The notes under the pieces are model-generated. The model ran no database searches. It was given only the letters and a program-made list of their open reading frames with translations, and had not been told where the DNA came from. Below, one piece after another: positions 18,562-27,200 of a DNA stretch of 37,775 nucleotides (position 1 is its first letter; each line of letters starts with the position of its first letter). Both the position numbers and the translations under genes were made by a program. The stretch comes from a virus (Duplodnaviria > Caudoviricetes), in IMG/VR virus record IMGVR_UViG_3300005527_000126, positions 1 through 37,775 of that record; one strand, 5' to 3'.

Positions 18562-20807
18562 CTGATTAATTGACTTGTGGTTCCATCATTTTTATACTTA
18601 GCGAAGTTAATAATTAATTTTGATTCTTTTTTCTCAGGAACATATAGATGCTTTTGGTTGGCCATTATACACAATCCGGAACTAATTGATGCATCAAAAC
18701 GAGTTCTATCATTTATATCAAATTTAGCCCAATCCTCAAGAGTCCTTGTAAAAGGCATTGTTCCCATTTCCTCAGGGTCTCTATACTTCCCTTCCAAGTC
18801 TAATCCAATATGCTTCTCAATATAAGATTCGATAGCAGATGCGTGTGCCTGCTTAACATCTTCTGATGTATTCGGAATACCACCTAACTCACGCTCAGTC
18901 TTTGTTAATTTATTAAAAGGTTTATCAGGACGATTAATACAGAATCCTCTGTATCCTCTATTCTTGAAATGATAAAGCAACCTTGGCTTATTGTTCTCGG
19001 CTAAGATTGGCATACCGTAAAATACACAAGCCATTAAAACTTCCTCAAAGAATATCTCAGCCGTTTGAGGACGAGCAATGTATTCAAGAAAAAACTGATT
19101 AACAGGGGCATCGTCCATGTGAAACTTGGTCATGCCGTGGAGGGAACCATTTGACCCACGACCACCAACTACGGCTGAAATGTCGTAAGAGTCGCAACCA
19201 AAAGAACCAAGATGCTCATTGCCGGGATATTTAATTCCACTCCTTACGTGTATGTTATTCTGCATATGTTTTGGGGGCGCCCAACTTATACTAAACCGGC
19301 CACGATGGTCAGGTGTCCAAATAACCTGCGTGTCTTTTATACCATCCTTCCAAGAAAATGACCCTCGAGTGATGTATTGCTCCTTAATCATCGAGTCATT
19401 ATAGTCAATCTGTTGGTATATCTTTGTAAGATTGAAAAGTGCCTGCTTGCTTTCATCTCTGAATGCATGAGACCTTGTTCTTGGAAACTGACGATAAAAC
19501 TCGTTTAATGCTTCTGAATCATTCTTCAATGACTCCACTTCAGCCTCCCAATAGTCAATAGCCCCATTCTTTATCATTGCCCCATCAATACCAAGAACAG
19601 GTGTGTCCGGTTTTCTGAATACAGGGAATCCATATCTGTCGATAAAGCCCTCCATGTTCCATTCCATTGGGATGAATAAAGAGTAAAGCCCACTTTTTGT
19701 CTGACCATTTGCATTACGCTTTTGTACGTTTGATTCCTCAAACATATCCTTGTAGTTCTGACCTCCCTTTGATAGTGCATTGGAAGTTGAACCCATCATA
19801 CACTTCCCGATAATTTTGCTACCAATACGAAGACAAGTCTTGGTCACTCGCCAATTCTCTTTGATGCTTACCGGCTTTGTCCACTTACCACTCTCGTCAT
19901 GGGCCAAGAATAACAGCTTCTCTCCATCATAAGAGTTATCCTCCGTGTTCTTCCAATCTATTGTCGTGTCAAGACCATCCACATCATTGTCGTCTGACTC
20001 GTACATATTCTTCTTGGTAATCTTGGATGCCGGTACCCTGAACGCCAATTCAGTCTTTGGCTTGTCCATACCATCCATGATTGGCTTGAAAAAAAACGGA
20101 AGCCTGCTGTTAATTGGAACGACCTTGTCGGTAAACATTTTCTTTGCATCGGCACCGGTCTTTGATAAAATACCTATACGTGCATTCCTTGCAAGAGTAC
20201 CAATATTGACACACTCAGAAGATGACATAAATGAAAATCCGGAACGTCTTATCTTCAGGTATATCATACCAAAAGCCCTTGGGTCAGCACGACAGGCTTC
20301 CCAAAATATCCAATAGATTCTGTTGGCCTCACGGAAGTCAGGATATCCAACGTCAATACTTGCCCACTGCAGGTACATATAGTGAGACCCGGTGATATAG
20401 GTCTTGACTCCACAGTTCAGGAACCAATAACCTTCGTCACGATAGTTGAACTCCTGCTCAATATAGTCTACCCACCGGGCTTTAAATTCTTTTGGCTTAT
20501 CGTTCCACTGAAATATGGACTGTATCTTGGCCAACTCTCTTGGAAGTTCCTGTCGCTCCCAATACTGTTCGACCTTGCTTGAGTGTCTTTGATGACACTT
20601 TTCGGGCTCAACAGGAAGTGCAATCCTTAGCCCTTCGATTTCTATTACCTGCCCAATTTGTCCGGTCTTTGAAATGACAATAACATCATATTGGTCATTA
20701 TACCCATAGAGCCATGACCTCACTCTGTTCTTATTAGAGATGACGGCTTTGGGTATGTAGTCTACGAGTACCCGGTATAAACTATTGTCTTGACCTTCTT
20801 TCTGCAA
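18558..20807 (-). CDS. terL: Terminase large subunit (~749 aa; start uncertain, TTG)
   Basis: Walker A-like LKIRRSGFS, Walker B LFLAHDESGKW, coupling motif GSTSN, and RNase H-like nuclease motifs FGCDSYD, ILAENNK and FDASISSG. Confidence 0.9.
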   Translation of the reverse strand: MQKEGQDNSLYRVLVDYIPKAVISNKNRVRSWLYGYNDQYDVIVISKTGQIGQVIEIEGLRIALPVEPEKCHQRHSSKVEQYWERQELPRELAKIQSIFQWNDKPKEFKARWVDYIEQEFNYRDEGYWFLNCGVKTYITGSHYMYLQWASIDVGYPDFREANRIYWIFWEACRADPRAFGMIYLKIRRSGFSFMSSSECVNIGTLARNARIGILSKTGADAKKMFTDKVVPINSRLPFFFKPIMDGMDKPKTELAFRVPASKITKKNMYESDDNDVDGLDTTIDWKNTEDNSYDGEKLLFLAHDESGKWTKPVSIKENWRVTKTCLRIGSKIIGKCMMGSTSNALSKGGQNYKDMFEESNVQKRNANGQTKSGLYSLFIPMEWNMEGFIDRYGFPVFRKPDTPVLGIDGAMIKNGAIDYWEAEVESLKNDSEALNEFYRQFPRTRSHAFRDESKQALFNLTKIYQQIDYNDSMIKEQYITRGSFSWKDGIKDTQVIWTPDHRGRFSISWAPPKHMQNNIHVRSGIKYPGNEHLGSFGCDSYDISAVVGGRGSNGSLHGMTKFHMDDAPVNQFFLEYIARPQTAEIFFEEVLMACVFYGMPILAENNKPRLLYHFKNRGYRGFCINRPDKPFNKLTKTERELGGIPNTSEDVKQAHASAIESYIEKHIGLDLEGKYRDPEEMGTMPFTRTLEDWAKFDINDRTRFDASISSGLCIMANQKHLYVPEKKESKLIINFAKYKNDGTTSQLIR
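20583..20598. repeat. 16-bp palindromic motif, copy 2 (GTGTCTTTGATGACAC, one mismatch)
   Basis: Inside the 5' part of terL; flanks extend it to AGTGTC...GACACT. Confidence 0.7.
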
Positions 20808-21078
20808 ATCCTTGTTTTGTATCTGTTCTGCTTGTACCTCGCTCTGATGCTTCTATGGTTTCTTTCTCAGACTCAATCCTGCTTAATATTTCAAACGCAT
20901 CGAATATCGCCAATTTCTTTGTTGCTGCTGCATTCTTCAATTTATCCGCTGCAAGTTCATCTCCGTTGTCTTCTTCTCCTTTTTTTACAACACTTTCTTC
21001 CGCAACTTTAATCAGTTCGTCAACAGCTTTGTAGCCGGCCTCAATAATTCTCAGCTTTATTTCTTTTGTATTCTTCAT
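20782..21078 (-). CDS. Probable terminase small subunit (98 aa)
   Basis: Small helical protein immediately upstream of and overlapping terL, with DKLKNAAATKKLAIFDAFEIL..IE and a GFAERRS tail. Assigned mainly by position. Confidence 0.55.
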   Translation of the reverse strand: MKNTKEIKLRIIEAGYKAVDELIKVAEESVVKKGEEDNGDELAADKLKNAAATKKLAIFDAFEILSRIESEKETIEASERGTSRTDTKQGFAERRSRQ

Positions 21079-21088
21079 TTTTTTTAAA

Positions 21089-21652
21089 CTACAGTTTGAT
21101 TGTTATTTGATGGTCATACATTCTGTACAGCTTCTCGCCTTCGACATTAAACTCATATTCACTATCAGGAGAAAAACATACAGTATCTCCCTTCTCAATT
21201 CCTCGTTGTAATAAATACTCATTTGGATAAACCATTGTAGCCATAAGAGGCTCTTCACTGAATGGTTTTTTGATATAACTCTCAGTAGCAGGAATTGGTT
21301 TTACAAAGCAATAGCGGTCATAAGCGTTCCACGTAGAACCCTTTTTGTACATGAAAAATTGGTCTGTTTCAATAAAGAACAAATCGTCCCTAAAGAACGA
21401 CTTGCCACTTTTTTGCCTGCCCTTAATGTCGTTGTAATATTTGAAGACGTTATGATGCACAAGAAGTATATCGCCTTCTGAGATTGGTCCATTATATCCC
21501 AAAGGAAGACTCACTACTTCGGCAAAACGATTAGAGAATTTATGGTCTTCTTCAGAAGTGCTGATAATAAATTCAACCCCTCCAATGTCTTTTGTGTTAT
21601 CGTATCTCTTCCCCTTTACCGGTTTTGTTATAAAATAAAAAGGAGACCTCAT
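21089..21652 (-). CDS. Tandem (double-domain) GroES/Cpn10-like protein (187 aa)
   Basis: Two GroES-like halves: PFYFITKP..GGVEFII..AEVVSLP..ISEGDILLV and DRYCFVKP..ATMVYP..IEKGDTVCF...SEYEFNVEGEKLYRMYDHQI. Confidence 0.6.
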   Translation of the reverse strand: MRSPFYFITKPVKGKRYDNTKDIGGVEFIISTSEEDHKFSNRFAEVVSLPLGYNGPISEGDILLVHHNVFKYYNDIKGRQKSGKSFFRDDLFFIETDQFFMYKKGSTWNAYDRYCFVKPIPATESYIKKPFSEEPLMATMVYPNEYLLQRGIEKGDTVCFSPDSEYEFNVEGEKLYRMYDHQITIKL

Positions 21653-21879
21653 TAGATATTGATATTGTATTCAATTGAAATAGGAATATTTGATGTAAAC
21701 TCTTTCCAAAGCAACACTTCGTTTTTCTCGTTTATAATATACACCTTTATTGATTGTTTAATTGAATCAAATGAAATAAGATGTACAGAGTAAGTATCCC
21801 CGAGAACCTTCTGACCTACAAGGTAGTGCATAGCACCACCTTTGTAGTCAGGTCCGACAGATATTTTACGGATGTCCAT
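21652..21879 (-). CDS. Hypothetical protein (75 aa)
   Basis: Translationally coupled on both sides by TAATG overlaps; begins IRKISVGPDYKGGAMHYLVGQ. Confidence 0.7.
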   Translation of the reverse strand: MDIRKISVGPDYKGGAMHYLVGQKVLGDTYSVHLISFDSIKQSIKVYIINEKNEVLLWKEFTSNIPISIEYNINI

Positions 21880-22277
21880 TACAGTTGCTCCTCTTCCTCT
21901 TGAATAAAATCAATACCGGTTGTCCAATCTTTCAAAAAAGTCAACGTCTCCAAGCCATCTTTGTTAATCACTTCGATGACCTTGAACTCAAACTCCTTGT
22001 TTGACAACTCTTCAATTTGCTTGCTCAACTTCTTGATGCCTTCCTTGTTGAATTTGTAACCACCCTTTTCATCAACCAATAAGATACCCTTATCGTCAGT
22101 GGCCGCATTATCCAAACGGAGTTCCTCTATCTTCTTCTGATACTCCTCACTGTATGGCTTTAATTTCTCATACATCTTAAACAGCTTTTTCTGTACCTTG
22201 GTTTCTTGATTACCAATAGTGTTGCTGATTTGGTTTACGAGCAGATTGAGGTCTTTGTAGCTTTTCTTGATTGTCAT
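21879..22277 (-). CDS. Hypothetical coiled-coil protein (132 aa)
   Basis: ORF with an AAAATCAAATTAAATG leader, Lys/Glu-rich and helical. It could be a fibre chaperone (inference). Confidence 0.65.
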   Translation of the reverse strand: MTIKKSYKDLNLLVNQISNTIGNQETKVQKKLFKMYEKLKPYSEEYQKKIEELRLDNAATDDKGILLVDEKGGYKFNKEGIKKLSKQIEELSNKEFEFKVIEVINKDGLETLTFLKDWTTGIDFIQEEEEQL

Positions 22278-22341
22278 TTAATTTGATTTTAATTATAAAA
22301 TGTAAAAATAATGAAAAGAATTTAAACAATCACTCTTAGAA

Positions 22342-22626
22342 CTATGGTGCAATAGGAGGAAAGTCTCCAATAATAGTCAAGTTAAGCTGTTCAGCTATCC
22401 AATCCCATGCATAGGAATCAACTTCCCATTGGTCATAAGCTGCACCTGTCATTGTCAAATTACCTTGTGCAACTTGAATGCCTTCAGCGCCATCATTTTC
22501 TGTCATCATGCTATAATAAAAAGTAGCACTTGTGTTCAATATTACACTGACAGCGTAAGCGTTTAATATCTTCGCCTCTAATGTTTGTCCATTGTTCCAA
22601 ATAAGAACCGGTTGAATTTGTTTCAT
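22342..22626 (-). CDS. Hypothetical tail-fibre-associated protein (94 aa)
   Basis: ORF downstream of the fibre cluster, with GNLTMTGAAYDQW..YAWDWIAEQLNLTI. Confidence 0.6.
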   Translation of the reverse strand: MKQIQPVLIWNNGQTLEAKILNAYAVSVILNTSATFYYSMMTENDGAEGIQVAQGNLTMTGAAYDQWEVDSYAWDWIAEQLNLTIIGDFPPIAP

Positions 22627-22638
22627 TTTTATTTTTTT

Positions 22639-23349
22639 TTATAGTCCATAAATACCCATTGTTCCAAATGGGTCAAAAGATACAAAACTTGATTCGTAAA
22701 AAGTAATCCTTCTCCACGTAGTCGCATCATTACCCAACGTCAACTGCGTCTGCGCTACGTTATTGGTAGGTGCAGCCGTTGTTTGTATTTGATAAGCAAA
22801 CGTAGCTGATTGGTCATTACCTGCCAAGTTTCTATACTGAGCAGACAAAGTTCCTTTCGTCCAATTCGTACCGGATAGTGTACCCCATGTATTATCGTCA
22901 GCTGTCATCCAAGAGGCTATTGTTACGTTGCTTCCATTGGCAGGTGTAACACCTGTTACTGTAATTGTTGCCGCTGCAGCTGCAGCTGTTGTTGCTATTT
23001 GTTCAGTTGACCATATATTCGTAGCGTTATCGGGTCTAAACACTAACATAATAGCGCTCGTGTTTGTTCCTGCGCTAAAGTTAAACGAAGGATTTGCATC
23101 CCACGTCCCATTAAACGTTGCCCAAAAGGTATTCATTGCAACGTTTGCTGTAGTAATGTTCCTGCCAATCTCTGTCCACGCTTGTCCCCCTGTGTTATTT
23201 ACTGAAAAAGTAGCCGTACCTCTTTGTTGTACATACACAACCACTAAATCCCCTTCCAACATAGATGCCGGTGGAGTAAGAGTAATCGTTGTTGTTGCGT
23301 TTGTGCCATTATCAACAGGCACAGATGTTGCTCCAAAGAAAGTAGGCAT
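22639..23349 (-). CDS. Thr/Ala-rich beta-sandwich virion protein (236 aa; start MPTFFG at 23349)
   Basis: ATG overlaps the upstream stop (TAATG). Two internal beta-rich halves: TITLTPP..GDLVVVYV..GQAWT and TITVTGVTP..NVTIASW..GTNWT. Confidence 0.6.
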   Translation of the reverse strand: MPTFFGATSVPVDNGTNATTTITLTPPASMLEGDLVVVYVQQRGTATFSVNNTGGQAWTEIGRNITTANVAMNTFWATFNGTWDANPSFNFSAGTNTSAIMLVFRPDNATNIWSTEQIATTAAAAAATITVTGVTPANGSNVTIASWMTADDNTWGTLSGTNWTKGTLSAQYRNLAGNDQSATFAYQIQTTAAPTNNVAQTQLTLGNDATTWRRITFYESSFVSFDPFGTMGIYGL

Positions 23350-23546
23350 TATAAATAAATTGAGTATTCGTTTAACCACAAGGAGTCGATAATCTCTTGG
23401 TCAGTCATAGTTTCAGGAAATATGAAAGGGCTTCTTGAAAACTGAATAACCAATAAACCATCTTCATATCCGTTGCACTCAGCAATCAAAGACATCATTC
23501 CGTCACCTATAACAACCTTATCGAAAAGTTCAATAGTTTTTGTCAT
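23349..23546 (-). CDS. Hypothetical protein (65 aa)
   Basis: Fills the gap between two co-oriented genes and is coupled to the next gene. Confidence 0.55.
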   Translation of the reverse strand: MTKTIELFDKVVIGDGMMSLIAECNGYEDGLLVIQFSRSPFIFPETMTDQEIIDSLWLNEYSIYL

Positions 23547-23551
23547 GTTCG

Positions 23552-24223
23552 TTAGATTTCATATCCATAAATAGCAACATCTAATGATATTGCCGCATCT
23601 GTAGTTATCCTTAATTGATGGTCTGCTGTCGCAGCAAATATGCCAAAAGGGAGACTGATAATTGCACCGGGTCTTGCATTTGCAGACGGAGCAAAAGAGC
23701 CTGCCCATACAAGTTGGTCAGTACCGGCTGTATAAGTTGTATCACCGGACGCACCAAACCAAACAATCACTCTCGCTGCAGTTGTTGCATACGAAGCAAT
23801 TGATAGGTATGTCACGACAACTTTCTTTGTAGCTGTTGGAATCCACATCGCAGTACCTGTTTGCTGCGTAGTATAGTTTGCGCTTCTCCAAACCTGCATA
23901 GCAGAGTCAATCGTTCCAATTAACTGTCTTCCAAAAACGTCAGCAATACCATTCACTCTGTCATCGGTTGCGACAGGAGTTGGTAGTGCAGATTCTGCTC
24001 TAAATCCTATTTTCACGGGATTACCGGTATCAGGAGCATCATTTGCTACATTCCCAACAACGGGCAATGTTTCGTTTGATATGTTAGCTATGACCGAACC
24101 GCTTACATCTAACGGTTCATTTTGAACCGTAACAGGTAAAGACGATTGGTTTGATGCTACTACTACAGGGGCTGAGTCAGCCATTGTAGCCTGTCCATTT
24201 GGGTTATTCGGGTTGTATGACAT
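23552..24223 (-). CDS. Putative tail/fibre accessory protein (223 aa)
   Basis: Starts 3 nt after the fibre stop; motifs GQATMADSAPVVVASNQS and DAPDTGNPVKIG, with a beta-rich C-terminal domain. Confidence 0.6.
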   Translation of the reverse strand: MSYNPNNPNGQATMADSAPVVVASNQSSLPVTVQNEPLDVSGSVIANISNETLPVVGNVANDAPDTGNPVKIGFRAESALPTPVATDDRVNGIADVFGRQLIGTIDSAMQVWRSANYTTQQTGTAMWIPTATKKVVVTYLSIASYATTAARVIVWFGASGDTTYTAGTDQLVWAGSFAPSANARPGAIISLPFGIFAATADHQLRITTDAAISLDVAIYGYEI

Positions 24224-24226
24224 TTT

Positions 24227-27200
24227 TTATATTATTAACCAATTTGAATTATTAGATACGAGTGTAATAGACTCATTTACTCTAACAAGTACAGCAGTAA
24301 GACCTCCATCTATTGTTTCAGAACCTGCTCCATCTACTGTTAAATTTGGAGTACCTGCTGATTTTTTAACCACAATGGTAGCCTTATTTCCTACCGCTGT
24401 AGGAAGGGTTACAGTAAATGTACCACCCGTAGTATCACAAGATACTATTTTTGTTCCTGCGGTTGCTGTTTCAGAATATGTAGTCGATACTGATGCAACA
24501 GAGTATGCAACATCAGCAGGGGTTAAATAATCAGTTCCTGCTATCGCTGCGCTGATTGCTGTACCATTACCTTTCAATAAACCGGTTACGGTTGTACTGA
24601 TAGTGATAGCCGGAGTTGTAGAAGCGTTTGCTACACTACCTGCAAAACCGTTTGCTGACACTACAGATACAGATGTAACAGTGCCTGAGCCTCCTCCACC
24701 TGCAGCGTTGAGTAATCTCCAACCGCCACTTGTGTTCTCGTAAGTACCTTCCGTTCCGTCTGTCTGATATACAATCAAACCAACTGCAGGAGAACTGATA
24801 GCAGTTCTCTGTGCGGCTGTCATACGTGGAGGAAGAAAACCTTGGGTGGTAGATTCTATTGAAACAGCTGCTGAAGCAGGTATTGTTTGCCAAGTTCTCC
24901 AACCAAGATGCAATGTTTTAACTGTTGCAATAAACGCTTCTTGGTTAGTTACTTCTGTGTTATTAGTAGCAAAACGAAACTGACCATTACCGAATAAGCC
25001 GATATATCCAACGTTTGACGTTTGATTATTATCACTAAAAAACCTTAATCCACCGAAAGATTGAGAACTTGCATGAACTAAAGAAACCCATCTTCCTGAA
25101 CCTGCTCCAAGTGTTGTATTTCCAACTAAAATACCGCCTGATGTTTCACCACCCGTCATAAAGTTCCGAGTATTAAATTGGTCGAAAACTTCAAAAAACT
25201 GAGTTGAACTACTTGTTATTGTTGCACCTGATGTAGTTATAGTTAATCTATTTTGAACCCTTGCAGTACCATTCACATCTAACTGAAAACCTGCATCAGT
25301 AAACGTACCACCGTTCTGTATAACAACGTTACCTGTACCACCAAAAATTCTCATCCTATCAGTCAATGACTGAAGTGTAGTACCTGCCGTTGTAGCCGTG
25401 GCAGTAGAAAAAACTAAACTTCCGGGAGCCCCCGTACCTGTTCCTCTTGCACCTGCTAAAACTAAGTTTAATGCTGCTGCATCTGTCTTTCCCGCTTCCG
25501 TAGTTGGTTGAAGCACAACCCCACGGTTACCACCTCCAAGCTGATTGACTGTTGAATAACCAATACCGAAATAGACATTATTTAAGTAGTCAGCTGCAGA
25601 CCCCCCTATACCAAATGTAACTGAACGGGTTAAAGCAGTACCACCACCAAAATGAATACTATTGCTTATATCACCATTTGTTACCTGATTATTTACAGCA
25701 ATATGAATATTACCACTACCCGAAATTATCCCTCTACCTGCAAACATTCCAATAAAAACATTAGTGCCACCTGAGGTCAACTCATTACCGGCTTGTCTAC
25801 CAATTAAAGTATTTTGTGCTCCTGTCGTAAGTAGACCTCCACCCCCAAAAACATAGTTTGCATCTCCTGTTGGGGCAAATGTTATATTGGAAACTTGTGA
25901 TGAAGGAGCAATATAAATAGAGCCGTTAATCAATCCTACCTTATGCTGATATAATAAAGTCTTGTCACCACCTGTAGTATCAGGATTGTATAACCAACGC
26001 ATATAAGAACCTGCAGTAGTCCCGCCTTGAGAAAAAATCAGGTTATTAACCGTTGACGTTGCTATAGTAAACGCACCTTGTACTCTCGCAGTTCCATTGA
26101 CATCAAATTTATAACCTGCGTCTGTAGATGTTCCAATAAGCGTGTTTCCGCTTGTAGAATTAAAGATGTTATTACCAATAGTATTGCGAAATGCAATTAG
26201 AGTGACATTTGTTAAATTGGTTGCTGTTGGCTCATATGATATACCATAGACAATACCCGGATTAGCGTTTCCGGTAAAATCATATGTTGTATATATTCTA
26301 AAATCTTTATAAGTTCCACCGCCTAAACCTGTGGCGGTTTTTGTACCTGTTAATCCAAATGAAAAATTGTTGTTTGTTGGGTCACTTAAACCTCCTCCAC
26401 TTGTTAAATATGTACTATAGAATCCGAATGTAAAACTTTGTATCGGGCTTGCACCACCATTTGTGTAGGCTTGTAATACACTACCTCCTGCACTACCTGA
26501 AATTCCTAACAAATACGATATAGTTGCACTTGTAGGAGTTAAGAATCCATTGTAAGTAGTATTACCATTTAATCGAGTTGTTCCATTAACATCCAACCTA
26601 AATCCTGCATCAGTAAACGTACCACCGTTCTGTATAACAACGTTACCCGTTCCTCCAAAAATCCTCATCCGTTCAGTCAATGACTGAAGCGTAGTGCCGG
26701 TTGTTGTAGTAGTAGATGTAGAGAATGATACGTTGCCCGGAGTTCCTGTGCCTGTACCTTTACCTCCTGCGATAGTTATATTACCTCCGTTTCTATCTGC
26801 TGTATTCCCACCACCACTTGCGTTAATAGTTGTTGAGTTAGCATTTCCTCCACTCATAGCTTGAACACCACCGCCTATATAAACATCGTTTATACTATAA
26901 GTGCCTGAAACATCATCACCGCCAATTACAAGCTGTCTGCTTGCTGTTGTTGTAGCAAAAAGACCAATAGCTATTGATGCAGTATGAGCAGCAGTACCTC
27001 TATCACCAATCATTATAGAAAACGCTCCGCTTGCAGTAGTAATATTCCCAATAGCTATTGCTGATGCATTTGAAGCTGTACCACCAATAGCAACACTTCC
27101 GCTATTACTCGTAGAACCACTAATAGCTACACCTGCTGTTGCATTACCTCCTATTGCAATTGCACCATTAGTAGACTGTGCACCCTGTCCTAACCTTGAA

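Noticed and set aside
18558-20807. Intein or intron in terL, portal or capsid genes
   Set aside because: No LAGLIDADG/HNH motif or intein C...HN boundaries were seen, and the reading frames are continuous.
25290-26647. Diversity-generating retroelement TR/VR pair or shufflon in the fibre gene
   Set aside because: Both repeats are in-frame coding and direct. Differences are mostly synonymous rather than adenine-specific, and there is no reverse transcriptase or invertase in the window.
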